64,000 nucleotides of DNA, from NCBI RefSeq assembly GCF_009914755.1, contig NC_060927.1. One strand, given 5' to 3'. Source of the stretch: the human T2T-CHM13v2.0 reference genome, Homo sapiens. A program made the position numbers and the translations under genes. Below are positions 13,977 through 27,420 of the stretch, piece by piece. Within the stretch, counting starts at the first letter, position 1. Every line of letters starts with the position of its first letter. The notes below the pieces were generated by a model. The model ran no database searches and was not told the origin of the DNA. It saw only the letters and a list, made by a program, of their open reading frames with translations.

Positions 13977-14396
13977 AAGCTAGACTTGGGGGCTGGATGA
14001 GGAAAGAAAGGGGCAAGGGAAATGGTTAATGAGGCTATAATCAGCATAAGTGGAAACAGCTGGAGAAAGCAAACAGCAAACTTGAGATTTCTTCTTATCC
14101 CCTCCACCCCACTATCCAACAGAGTGAGAACAAGCTGTGCTTTCAGACACTAAAAGCTGTAGATGCTTACCAACAAACTCAAATAATTGCAAGCCCTCAT
14201 GGTGCTAGCTAGCCCACAGAATCTGAATTGATCTTGTTTGTCAATCAAATACTGAATGCCAGTCTGCATAAATAGTTACAATTTCTAAAGTATGTGGCAG
14301 GATGAGGTGTTCTGATCCCATACGCACTTATTTCCTGGTCCTCATCACTCATTGAGAAAATACATTTGGTAAAGCTGATTTAAAATGAGATTTAAA

Positions 14397-14940
14397 AATA
14401 ATTGTAAATATTTTACACATTTATGGGATACATGTGATATTTTGTTGCATGCATAGAATGTGTAATAATCAAGCCAAGGTACCTGGGGTATCCATCACCT
14501 AGAATATTTATCATTTCTATGTGTTGGGAACGTTTCAAGATCTCTCTTCTAGCTACTTTGAAATATATATTACAACCTGGGCATAGTAGCTCATACCTGT
14601 AATCTCAATACTTTGGGAGGCCAAGGCAGGAGGATTGCTTGAGGCCAGGAGTTCAACCATCCTGGGCAATATAGCAAGACCTTGTCTCTATAAAATAAAA
14701 ATAAAAATTAGCCAGGCATGGTGGCTTGCACCTGTAGTCCCAGCTATGTGGGGGGCTGAGGCAGGAGGATTCCCTGAGCCAGGAGGTTACAGTAGCAGTG
14801 AACCATGATGGTGTCACTGCTCTCCAGCCTGGGTCACAGTGAGACCCTGTCACCGCCCCCCACCCCCAAAAAAGAAAGAAATATATATCATATTATTGCT
14901 AACTATAGTCACCCTACTCTGCTATCAAACATTAGAACTA
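14397..14940 (-). mobile_element. L1MA 3' end interrupted by AluJ
   Basis: atttatgggatacatgtgatattttg...ctatagtcaccctactctgctatcaaacattagaac. Confidence 0.85.
14575..14880 (+). mobile_element. AluJ
   Basis: ggaggattgcttgaggccaggagttc; TSD gaaatatatat. Confidence 0.9.
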
Positions 14941-15111
14941 AAAGAGAGGACTTTTAAACTAGTAATGCTAAAAGAGGTGATCAATACTAAGAGAAAATAC
15001 TAAAGGTTTTTTTGGAAGATATGCCACTCTTAACAACAGGAAAAAACTCAGTCTCTCTTCATGTGGCACAATTACGATGTACCACCACTCCCAGATCAGG
15101 ATCAGGAAAAA

Positions 15112-15126
15112 AGGTCATCATGACCT
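15112..15126. promoter_or_regulatory. Perfect oestrogen response element (AGGTCA-nnn-TGACCT)
   Basis: aAGGTCAtcaTGACCTt matches the consensus exactly; function is not shown by sequence alone. Confidence 0.6.
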
Positions 15127-15902
15127 TAATGTGGGGTAGGCAGATAGGAACAATTACTGAAAGTTAATCCACAGATCCGGATGCCTCCTCAAAAGGTAGA
15201 ATAATATACAAAGTGCATTTGTCTTCTCTAAATTTCCTTTAGATAGTGGTAATATGAACATTAACAACATATCCTATATAGAAGAGAGCAAACAGAAAGG
15301 TCATCACTTCTCTACAAGCTGATTTTAAAAGATGCTGATTGGACGTTTCTGAGATCCCACTTCATCTGTAGATTCTTGGTGGAAATTTCATCAGCTAATT
15401 TCTTGGGTAGAACGTGGGAGATGTCCCACACTTAAATTGAGGAACCAAATACCTAAAATCAAGATTGAGCTCTCTTTCCTGTTACACCACTGAACTTTCT
15501 GATCCAGGACAGATGTTACCCATGAATAAAGAGAAAATTACAATGGGGAAGGACATGAAGTTTTTGAGTAAGGTACCATGCAGAGTTTGCTATGGCAGAA
15601 TCAAAGCTTTTATATTCTCTATCACACCCCTATGTCATCTACAGTTACAAACCCCTGGGACAAAAGAAAAAGGAAATGAGTCTAGACTACCATGTGATGA
15701 AAGTACCTCTAAATTCTAGTGTAATTCCCCACATTTAAGGCAAGCTGCTAGAAAAATACAGCTTCATCAAAGGTTAAGTGTAACTGTTCATATGATTTTT
15801 AGAATCCTTAATATGCTGCCCTTATTGACTAAGTTACTATCACTAGTTAATGTAAACTATTATTTGCATTTTATAATACATTACATTTTGTAAGTACTTT
15901 AA

Positions 15903-15990
15903 GTGGCCAACATAAAAATTAATGAGACCCGTATCAGGTTAAACCACTTTGTAAAGCTACTTCAGCTGATCTGGAGTTACTTTGGGTAAG
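15903..15990 (+). repeat. Local duplicate, copy 2 (partner at 13889-13976)
   Basis: Same 88-bp alignment as copy 1; offset 2014 bp. Confidence 0.85.
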
Positions 15991-16227
15991 GAGAGGCTAA
16001 ACTGGAGGTGATGGGACACTGGGGAGTATGTTTAGCTTCTTCCCTAACATTACATAACAGAGAAGTATTTAAGAAATCATTAAACATAATTTGTCCATGT
16101 GCATTAGACACACCCATTTACACACAAGTTCAGTTCACAAATGAGAACATCAACTGCCTTTTAAAAATATTTTCAACTTATTTAAAATATGTAGCCTTTA
16201 TTTCTGAGGGAAAATATCTAGTCCTTG

Positions 16228-16984
16228 TGATATGGGAAGAAGGCAGGGAAGCACTGGGTGGAGAAACGCAGGGTCCCCGGCTAGGGCTCTTCCCTTCTGG
16301 CCTGTGCCCACGGAACTAGGTGAGGACAGGCACTCCTGCTTTTGCCCCCAAATGTTGCATTTTTCCAAGACCACCCTGGCCCACCACACCCGCCACTCTG
16401 TGCCTATGAAAACCCCAAGACCCTCGCGGGCACAAATGCAGACAGCTGGACCTCGAGAGGAGCAGAGGAGCGGCAAAGGTCACCGACGGGCACCAGTGGA
16501 CTCTGGCAGGCCATCAACAGCAGGACGACATGGAATTCGGCTGGGGGCAGCCAGTCTCCAGGGGAAGATCACCTTCCCACTCCATCTCCCTTCTGTCCTC
16601 CCCATTTACCTCGCTGAGAGCTACTTCTACTCAACGAAACTCTGCACTCATTCTCCAAGCCCGCGTGTGATCCGATTTTCCTGGTACACCAAGGCAAGAA
16701 CCCCAGGATACAGAAAGCCCTCTGCCCTTGCAATAAGGCAGAGGGCCTAATTGAGCTGATTAACACAAGCAGCCTGAGGATGGCTAAACTGAAAGAGTGC
16801 CCTGTAACACACACCCACTGGGGCTTCGGGAGCTGTAGACAATCAACCGTAGATGCTGCCTTGGGGTCAGAGCCCAAAAACGCTCCTCACGACCTGCCAG
16901 TATGCATGTTCCTCCGAGGGGTTTGGGCGAGCCACACCCGCATCGCACCCTCTGCGAGGGGGATAAGGGAACTTTCCCCATTTA
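16228..16984 (+). mobile_element. LTR1-family solo LTR (ERV1)
   Basis: tgatatgg...ggcagggaag...taggtgaggacaggcactcctgc...ccaaatgttgcattt...; 4-bp flanks cttg/cctg; GC- and CpG-richer than its surroundings. Confidence 0.8.
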
Positions 16985-17334
16985 CCTGGACTAGCTGAGC
17001 AGACTGATTATTTATTTCCTTGCTAATTTTTCATCTTTTTAACGAATTATATTCTTTCCATGTTTGAGTCCAATTTCTGAATGAAATGGTCTTATGTTTT
17101 ATTCTCAATATTTTGATGCTGAAACTTTCTAGATACGAAACGACATTTAAAAAAACATAAAAAATCTATTTTGTAAACGACTAAATTGGGGCAGATCTGC
17201 CATTTGGGCTGGCAGATTTTCTACTGTAGAGCTCTATCAGTGAAAACAGTTCTGGTGTTTAAACATTGGACTCTGGAAACAAAAAAATCAGGCATTTGAT
17301 TGAACACAAATAAATGAAAGTTATTGATATTTTT

Positions 17335-17580
17335 CATGACCCCGTAATTTGCAGAGCTTTACACTTTTCAACATGTCTCCAAACCCATTATATGATTATG
17401 TCACTTGATTCCCACATATGTTTATGAGGTAGATCAGGCCACAGTTAACATCATCCCCAATGTATATGAGGATCCTGAGACACAAAGAGGTTGTGTGACC
17501 TATACAATGTCACACAGAAAGTTAACGTAGAAGAGGGATCAACCCAGGTCTCCTGGTTGCTAATTTGTTTTCTACCACGT
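17335..17580 (-). mobile_element. MIR
   Basis: atgaggatcctgagacacaaagaggttgtgtgacc...gtcacacag. Confidence 0.65.
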
Positions 17581-18859
17581 CACTTCACTACCCAACATCA
17601 AGGGCCACATCTCTTTAGTGTGTTCAAGAAACGCAAGTAAGAACAATGATTATTATTCCCCGGGTTCTCCTCTCTTTATTGCGCAGAATAAGCAATTTCC
17701 AGCTACTAACATACATAGTTGCTTTCCTGCAAAGTTTTCCCATAGAAACCCTAAATTTTCAAAAGAGTTATTTATTGCTAGATGGAGGTGTGAAGAAGCT
17801 TTTGGTTTTATCTTCCCATATCCCAGTTTGATCTATTAAATTTTGAACTCAGCGCCTCTTTAAAGGTGTTTAAAATTCAGTGCTCAAATCCCAAATTTCT
17901 CAAGGGTCAGCAAGTCAAATTCATTTACACTTTATCCCTGAGTTTCTTTCCTTTTTATCCTTTCTTTTATATGAAAAGCAATAAATCAGTGACCCATGCT
18001 TTTCACTCAGAGACTCTTTGGTCTGTACTTTAATCACTTCTTATCTGGTATCTTCAGTATAGGGTATCGTGCTGAAAATAAGTACTAAACAACTATTTAC
18101 TTCTCACTGGACAATTCCAGCAATTTCTATCAGGTCACTTCAATACTTACTGAGATTGGCAGTTATCAAATCATGAGTCCAAATCTGTCACCACTTGGAA
18201 GATAAATAAGGTCAGGGATGTGGGATTGCAAAAAACAAAGGAAATCTATTTGAGACTTTGCATAAAACAAAGTTTGCAAACAGCTAATGAATGCTAGGTG
18301 AACAAAACAAAGCTCTACTTATAGTTATACATGGAAAAATCTACAGTCATTAAAGACAATGGCATAGATCTATGTTTACTGACACAAGATATTCATAACA
18401 TTTTATAGAAGTGTAGATAATGTGACTGCATCTTAAATTTTATCCATGCATAGAAGAAAATCTGGAAACTAATTTTCTCTAAGCAGGGGAATTATGGCTT
18501 TTTTATATTTTTAAATTTTTGTTTATACTTTCTAGTTTTTCTCTAATGAGTTTATCTTTCTTACTTTATAAGTAAAGCCTCTCTGTGGAAATGTAACTAA
18601 AGCAAAGGTTAATAGGGCCATGGACCTCCCTTTCCATCTTTCAAATGAGTTACAGAATACAACAAGTGTAAAGGAAAAAAAAATCTCATGGGACAAAATG
18701 ACAAATTATTCCTGGGAAGGAATTTAAACTATGATACATGCTAATTAATACTCAAGAAATCAGGTAAACAGGGACTTAAGGGCAGCTTCTTCCTTATCTT
18801 TTCTGGAACTTGTTTTCTTAGTTCTCTTCCTTTTTCGGAGGGGAAGAAAATAGGTGGCT

Positions 18860-19050
18860 TCGTAAGACAGAGGCCTGGGCTTAGAGTCAGAAGGCCTTGA
18901 TGACCTTATTAGCCTCTCCTCTTAATTGGGTAGGATTCACCACCTCTCTGAGTTTTGATTTCTTTATCAAGAATGAGGACAATAATACCTAATTCAGGTA
19001 AGAATTCCCTGAGAAAATATTTGTGAAAATTTGGAGCATGGCGTTAGAAA
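18860..19050 (+). mobile_element. MIR
   Basis: gagtcagaagg...cacctctctgag...aatgaggacaataatacc. Confidence 0.55.
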
Positions 19051-19548
19051 TCAAAAAATGTAACTTAAACATGAATCTCTCCCCTGATTTCTCATGCTGG
19101 TTTTCTGCTCTGTCTGAAATAAAAACAGATACATTAAGTACTCAGGTTCTTGGATCTCATTTCCATTGGCTACATGGTTCTAATTGGTATTCAAGTTGAG
19201 ACGGCATGACAGCTAGGCCTTTCTAATCATCCTATTATGCCAAAGAAGACATGGTTCCCACCAAGAGCCTGTGACTATTCCAAACTTTTTTAAACATCCA
19301 AAACAAGGCATGAATAGGTGTCTTTGAAGCAGGATTCTCAGCTTGAACCTAAGCTGTGTCCACCCTTAACATTCATGGTCAGGACATATCAGGGCGGATC
19401 TGGCAGATAATAGGGTAGGGTAAATGAGAATTCATTTGCATAAGTAAATAGGACCCTCCTCTCCCCACAAGACATAGGAAAGTTCTCCTGAGTTCTCTTT
19501 GTACTCTTGACCATCATCGCCTCTAGCTTTGCTTCTCTTTATTTACAG

Positions 19549-19800
19549 AGATAAGAGAAGATATTGCATGCTTGAAAAAAGGAACAGGATACATGAAAAA
19601 GAAACAGAGAACAAAAAAGAGTCATGAAGATGTAAGTGTCATTATCCACATTTAAAATGCCATAAAAGAGGTTAATGATTCAGTCAAGGAAACTCCAAAA
19701 TATAGAGCCAAAAAAAAATCAAAGAAATGGAAATAAAAGAGAAAAAAATAAGAAAATCAGAGAATGAATCCAGGAAGTCTAACATTAGTTCCAGAGAGAG
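19549..19800 (+). mobile_element. HAL1 / ancient L1 ORF1-like fragment
   Basis: agataagagaagatattgcat...gaacaggat...aagaaaatcagagaatgaatccaggaagtctaaca...gttccaga. Confidence 0.55.
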
Positions 19801-19949
19801 GGACTGCTAGTTTTCCTGAAGAACCTTTTAGTACCATTTAAATATTTTAAATGTGTACCTATATTGCTTTAATAAAACAAAGTAGTTTTCAAGTACTATT
19901 TATACTTATTGTATCCACTTTGTCACTTCTAATTCACTCATTAAACACA

Positions 19950-20950
19950 CCATAGTAACTACACTTATTGAAGTCAACATTGATCTTCTAAATGCCAAAT
20001 CTAGTGGGCAGTTTCCAATACTCATGCTACTTGAGAAGTATGTAACATTTGTCATGTGACCACTCCCCAACCCTCCCTTAATTTCTAGAATGTCACTCTT
20101 CTTTAGTTCTCTTTCTCCAAGAGCTCAACATCACCACTGCTGTTTTTGCTTCTACATTACATAAAACTTTTATGTCCCATCTTTACTTATTCTTTTACTC
20201 TACACACTTGCTGGATAGCCTTACTCCTAAGTTTTGATTTCCAATCTGTAAGTCAATAATTGCCAAATCTGTATCCCTTGAGCTTGACTTCCAGCTGTCT
20301 ATATCTTTATTTGATGTCCTACAAACACCTCAAACAGCATATACAACATTGATTTCATTATTTACCTATTTTCCTCCACTCCCCAAACCCAAATCCACCT
20401 AATCTGCTACATTTTTCATTCCAGCTAATGGCCTGACCAAGCTAACAACCATAAGGTCACTCTCAACTCCTTCCTCAACCTTCAGATTAGAAAGAGCTAA
20501 AAGTCCGGACTGCTCTCTCCGCCTACATTGTCACTACCTTATCTTAGGCTTATCATTTATCTTCAGATGCTATTCTCTTCCTATCCAGTCCATCCTCTGC
20601 ATTACTGCCTGTTATATTCCTTATAGCCACATCTGCTCCTGCTTAAAAGCTTTCAACAGCTCATTATCAGGATAATTTTCTTTGCCTGTCATTGGAGGCC
20701 TTTGCAGTTTGACTATGACCCATGTTCCAGACAATGTGCCTTAATATACACAGAACCTGTGCCCCAGACACACTGGATTCTTCACTGGTCCTGAATGCCT
20801 CAGGCTCCTTCATCACCCCACCTGGTCCAACTGCCTGGAATTCCCCACCTTGATTTCTTCAACTGGAAAACTTACTAATTCTTCAAGGCCTTACTGAAAT
20901 GTCACATTGTCTATGAAGCCATGCAGGGAAAATTCTTCTTCAGTGTTCCC
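19950..20950 (+). mobile_element. L2 fragments
   Basis: aagtcaacattgatcttctaaatgccaaatctagtgg, gatgtcctacaaacacctcaaac, ctcctgcttaaaagctttcaacagctc. Confidence 0.7.
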
Positions 20951-21022
20951 AATATCCTGATATCCTGTGTTGTTATCTCCTGCAGCATTGTGAGTCAGGC
21001 TTTGGATCTCTAGCAAGAGGCC

Positions 21023-21061
21023 ACACACACATACACAAACACACACACACACACACACACA
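21023..21061. repeat. (CA)n microsatellite
   Basis: Visible directly. Confidence 0.9.
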
Positions 21062-21479
21062 AACCACCAAGTTCTCATGTATTTAGCTTGTAGTAAGTAC
21101 AAAACTTAACAGAAGTAGCTGCACAGAGTACAGGCACATGCAGGAAGTTTTCCTTGGTCCTTGGTTCCCCACAGTTTGTGCAGCTGCCACTGACACTGTC
21201 CATTTAGGTAGGGTACAGCCATGTTTGAGAAAAAAGTTGCAATATTGTTACACTATCACTCCTTTATACTTGAACTTACAGCATCATCCACCTATGAGCT
21301 TCCTTTTTAGGAAATGTTAACAAACAGCAGACCCTCCTGATTCTTAATTTAGCCCCTGTGCAGACATATCCTCACAGAGGAGAGAAAGCTGAGCCAGGCA
21401 CAATGTTCCTAAATAGTGTCTCTGCCTGCAGACTTCCAGTCTCAGGAAGTCCATCTTCCCACACCTCTACTATTAAAGT

Positions 21480-21640
21480 TGCCAATTTTGTATTATAATT
21501 TATTTATGTCTCTGTCTTTACCACTGAACTGTGAGCTTTCTGAAACCAAAAGCCATATATTATTCATATTCGTATGCTCAGTGACAAGCCCAGCATTTGG
21601 TACCTAGTAGGACACACAATAAATTTTGTTAGATGAGCCA
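21480..21640 (+). mobile_element. L2 3' end
   Basis: ccactgaactgtgagctttctga...tagtaggacacacaataaattttgtt. Confidence 0.7.
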
Positions 21641-22139
21641 ACCTAAAACACCTTTCAAAATCTGGTTTTCTGAAAGCTTGTTAGATCTCACAATCTATTT
21701 GTAATCCTGAGTTTCTATAACTTGGTGAAGGATACACACTTTACAAAAAGATATTTCAAAGAAGTAATCTTGGGCAGCTAAAATTACAGGTTATTTGTGA
21801 TGGTCTTGTACAACTCTGACCTAAAATACCATCTTCTTTGTCTACCTGTTGGGAAAATAATCATGATACTGCCTGGCCTCCTGGAGTCACAATTACACCT
21901 ATGGGAAATTCAAGGCCAAACAGCTGGCCTAAGAAGGAAAGGGTCCCTCTCTCACCACAGATATCAGATAGAGATTGTCTGGAGGAGGGGATTTCCAGGA
22001 TGCTACCAGGAAGAGGTTTGGGCAAAGTGACTTACGAGGTCACTCTAGCTGGGCTGGCTGGACTGCTGGTTCTATACTCTACCCCTCCTTCAACAAGACC
22101 CCCAACTTGAGGTGTCAGGAAAACACACAGTTTTGTATT

Positions 22140-22680
22140 AAATGCACCTGAAGTCTCATTTTGGTTCCACAATTTACTAACTGTATGACCATGGCAAACT
22201 GCCAAAATCCCATGAATTTCTATTTTCTCATTGGTAAGATGCAGGATAATTGTGAGGGCATGAGTATTTCACATACCTAACCTAGTATCAAGTTTGTGCT
22301 AGGTAAATAATAGCTGATAACAGATAGGAAATAACTGAACTAGAAGAAGAACTTACTTTACCGGATGGAAAAACACTGGACCAGACTTCAGACCAGGGTA
22401 ATAAACAGCAACAACGCTGTGACCCTGGGCTAATCACATAATCTTTCAAGGATATAGCTTCCTCAACTGTAAATTCAGGAAATTTGACTTGACAATTTTT
22501 TTCCCAGCCATTATTAACATTCTAGATTTCACACATCTAGCTTTATATCCCCAGTTTCAAAAAGAACATAATTTTTAACAATAAAACAACTGAGTCCAAA
22601 ATGATTAAATGACCTCTCCAAGGTCAAATAACTAATAAATTATAGAAGATGGGAGCTAAGATATATTATCTTTACTATGT
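22140..22680. mobile_element. Cluster of MIR fragments on both strands
   Basis: ttactaactgtatgaccatggcaa; gctgtgaccctgggctaatcac; aactgagtcc...ttaaatgacctctccaaggtca. Confidence 0.6.
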
Positions 22681-22894
22681 ACTAGGTTCCACGCATTATT
22701 CTTGGATCTCACTTCATCTTCTTGTAATGGGTATTATAGTCTCTTTGTTTTATGTTTTTAGCAAGGCTACCAATCCTTTAAACATGATAGTTGTGTTCTT
22801 TATGATTATTAGAACTGGTGATGTCCACTTAAGGTAGACCTTCTTTTTTTCTGCCAAGAACCACCATTGAGGCTCCTTGTAGCCTGTAGACATA

Positions 22895-23908
22895 ATTTGA
22901 AAAGTAAACACATGCTCAAAAAGTTAAACATATAGTTACCATTATGACCTAGCAATTTCATTCCTAGGTATATACCCAAAAGAAGTGAAAATAAGGATTC
23001 AAATAAGTGCCTATATATGCATGTTCATAGCAGCAGCACTATTTTTTTATTTAACTTTTAAGTTCAGGGGTACATGTGCAGGTTTTCTATATAGGTAAAC
23101 TACTGTCATGAGGGTTATGTACAGATTATTTCATCACCCCAGTATTAAGCCTAATGCCCATTAGTTATTTTTCCTGATCCTCTCCTTCCTCCCATCCTCC
23201 CCACTCTGATAGGCCCCAGTGTGTTGTTCCCTTCTATGTGTCCATGTGTTCTCATCATTCAGCTCCCATTTATAAGTGAGAACATGTGGTATTTGTTTTC
23301 TGTTCCTGTGTTAATTTGTTAAAAATAATGGCCTCCAGCTCCATCCATGTTCCTGTAAAGGACATGATCGCGTTCTTTTTTTATGGCTGCATGGTATTCT
23401 ATGATGTGTATGTACCACATTTTCTTTATATAGTCTGACACTGATGGACATTTAGGTTGATTCCATGTCTTTGCTATGGTGAATACAGCAGCAGCACTAT
23501 TCACAATAAGCAAAAGGTAGAAACAACTGAAAAGTCCATCAACAGATAAATAAACAATTATGGTGTATCCGTATAACAGAATATTATTTCAGCATTCTAT
23601 TAAGTGAAAGAAGCCATATACAAAGGTCACATATTATATGATTTCATTTCTATGAAATATTCGGAATAGGTAAATCCATACAAACACAAAGCAGATTGGT
23701 GGTGGCTAGGGTTCAGGGAGAAGGTATGTGGGAAATAGGAAGTAAGTATTTAATGGTATAGAATTTTATTTGGGGATCATGAAAATGTTTTGGGACCAGA
23801 TAGAGGCAGTGGTTTTACAACAGTGTGAATGTACTAAATGCCACTAATTTGTTGACTTTAAAATGGTTAATTTTATGTTATGTGAATTTCACCTCAATGA
23901 AAAAAACT
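22895..23908 (+). mobile_element. L1MB 3' end interrupted by an L1PA
   Basis: ctcaaaaagttaaacatatagttacc...aaaatggttaattttatgttatgtgaatttcacctcaat. Confidence 0.85.
23044..23486 (-). mobile_element. Older L1PA (about PA13-16) 3' end
   Basis: aacttttaagttcaggggtacatgtgcagg...; 15-bp TSD agcagcagcactatt at 23029 and 23487. Confidence 0.88.
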
Positions 23909-24289
23909 CATGTCCACTGATATGAGAAAACTGGACATAGGGATGAAGGAAAAGGAGCATTAAGAATCCAAAGTCCTCATGGCAGACATGGGATCAAGAT
24001 CTCAACCCATTCTGTCCAAAGTTTAAAGTAACTAAAATCTGTTGAGAAGGACTTAAGTGGCTGTGATGTGGTTAACTAGTAGGAGAGAAGCCAAAAGGTT
24101 GAAAGGGAAAACTGCCTTCAAAGCAGGGGAGTGTATTGGAACTGTTGCCCAGGCTCAGCAGCAGGATCTGGTTTGCTGCTGGAGGAAGCAGTCCACAGGG
24201 CACTGTGTGGCTGACGTTGCAACACCTCGGCATCAACCACCCAGGCACTGGGGGACACTGGATATGTGCCCATTCAACAACAAATCCAT

Positions 24290-24570
24290 TCACTCTACAC
24301 ATAGGTATTCAGCATTTCCTTAGTACCAGGCATCGTTCTATACTTTAGGTAAGACAGAAGTGGCCTTTGTTTTCATGCAACTTACGAAACATTGAGTAAA
24401 GTACACAAAAGAGAAGAAAAGAAAAAAGATAAATTCAGATAATTGATCACAGCTATGAAGAAAAGAAGGCAATGCAATCTTGTATAGACGTGATTAGAGG
24501 GGATGAGAGATGCAATGGTCAAGGAAGCATCTTTGAAGGAGTAATATGTTAGTTGAGAACTAAATCTTCA
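24290..24570 (-). mobile_element. L2 3' fragment
   Basis: tattcagcatttccttagtaccaggc...ggtcaaggaagcatctttgaaggagtaata. Confidence 0.6.
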
Positions 24571-24959
24571 GCATGAGGACCGGTGTGTGGGAGTGATACC
24601 ACAGCACAGCAGAAGCTAGTTTACTAATACAGACACTTTATCTCACAATTCCTAACTCTATACAGAGCTAAGTTCCATATTCTGCACACAGTGAACACTT
24701 AACAAATATTGATGGAGGTCAGAATGAGAGGGAGTGTCTAGATGGCATCCACATGTTTGTTTAGTTTGGTTTTGCTTTGCTTTTGTTCCACTTTTGTCCA
24801 TAGGAAGCAAGACATTTGCCCTAAAACATCGTTTCTTCTACTCAAATATAACTGCTAACAAGGCTCAGTATGAAACACATGTATTGTACTTGTTCTATTG
24901 ATCAAGTGGTCAGAAAGAGTTTAGTCATTTTCAAACTTCCTTGAAAAGCAGAACTAGGA

Positions 24960-25140
24960 AAGTAGCACAGTAGAGAGAAAAGACCCCTGACCTAGGAATT
25001 ATGAGACCATTGTTCTGGTCCCAATTTTCTTCTAACATTCCATACAATCATAGGAAAGTCATTTCAACTATTTGCACCTTGATTTTCTCTAAATAATGGG
25101 AAAAATGAACTACATAATATCTCTGAGGTCTTGTTCTTGT
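24960..25140 (+). mobile_element. MIR3/MIR
   Basis: ttctggtccc...aaagtcatttcaac...atctctgaggtcttgttc. Confidence 0.55.
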
Positions 25141-26477
25141 ATATGATATATATGGGGGCAGAGGAGAGTAGGGCTCAGAGAGAAAGGTTTAGCTAGGGCG
25201 TCACAGACATTGATCAGACATGGGGACTCGACAATGGCTGATCCGTGTGAGTGTTTATGTCTCTGGGACATATTTGCTCTTCCTGTCTTTGCATTCATGT
25301 TGGCACTTTTCAGATTCAGCTCCTTTTCTAAAAGCTCTCCCTCCCTCTCTTTACTTACGAGAATGATTGAGACTCCTGTTGATAAATAAAACAAGAGGTT
25401 GTGAATAAAGCAATAACACTTGAAAGCTACATCAATTTCTTTTTGTCTTTTTCTTTCCAAAAAATAAAAATCTCATTTATAAGCAAATTAGCTTTACACG
25501 CCACCTCCCTGCACTTGGGGAGACAGAATAAACAGATTTTTCTTTAAAATGGCATCAAGACAGTACAATTCTACTCTGAAGAAAATGATAAAAGCATGCA
25601 AATGCCCATTCAATTCAATGGTAGGAGGAGGAATTTTTCTATATCTTGGAAAGTAGGAGAAGATAATGAGGTCAGTTTGGTACAAGTAATGTTTATGAAA
25701 CACAATGTTATTCTCCTTCCTATAAATACAGACTGCAGATCTTATTAGTCAGACTTCGTTTCCTCCCTTTGCAAATGTAAAATTTTAATTGTTCTAATCC
25801 CTTCCCTGTTGATTTCTTGCTACAATTTTACACAGCAGCAGATCACCTCTTTATTTTCTCAGAAATACATTAGCACAGTGCCATAGTCCTAAATCATATA
25901 TATTTTAATTGAATGAAGGAAAAAAAAAAAGAGGAAATCAACTCTGAAATTCAGGGCCCTAAAAATAGTCTTCTCCAAAAGGACACACATTTACTATTTG
26001 GAAGCTAATGTTAATTATCTTTGGCTTTCATGACCAAGAAACAAAAATCTTGAGGTTCTGTTTTTAGCAATACCTACCTACAAAGAATCAATGTATTGAT
26101 TTGAGAATACTACCTATCTGTATCTAATATCAAAAAAAAAACTCAGGAAAAATTTTTACTGCTTGACCACTGAAAGTCAATATCTAATATACACTTATAT
26201 ACTCATGAAGGGTCATTTTCTATAATGTGGTACATATAAAAAATGCACTGACTGGAATTCAAAGAACTGTCATTTCAGCCCCTATTCATCTGATAGCTAT
26301 GTGATTCCAATCAAATCATTTAATTGCCTTAGGCCTAATCTTTCCCACTGAAAACAGTTGTAAAATAGTAGAAGAATATCTTAGTAAAGCAGTTTTATGT
26401 TTCTACAAAATAAAATGTTAAATACTTCTTAATAAAAAAACTTTGTGTTTTATTAAAAATTTGTAGATAGCATAAAG

Positions 26478-26680
26478 CTGTGCTGTACAATACAATAGCC
26501 ACTAGCCACATGTGGATATTTAAATTTAAAATAATTAAAAATAAAATAAAATAAATGCCTCAGTTGTACTAGCCACATTTCAAGTGCTCAAATAACTACA
26601 TGTTACCGGTTATTACTGTACCGGACAGCACAGATATAGAACATTTCTGTAATCATAGGAAGATTTATTTAATGGCACTG
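26478..26680. mobile_element. MER3 (hAT-Charlie)
   Basis: gtgctgtacaatacaatagccactagccacatgtgg...ctagccacatttcaagtgctcaa. Confidence 0.85.
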
Positions 26681-26799
26681 GTATGAAGTGACAGAAAAAG
26701 CACTATGCTTTATTATCTTTACAAAGCACTAAAATAAATGTTTCAGTCATTCAACTGAATATTCCAATAGACATCAATCTATACATTAACACCCATGGG

Positions 26800-27420
<621 letters not shown>

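Noticed and set aside
16008-16998. Cluster of ORFs up to 172 aa
   Set aside because: They lie in a GC-rich LTR on both strands and show no recognisable domain.
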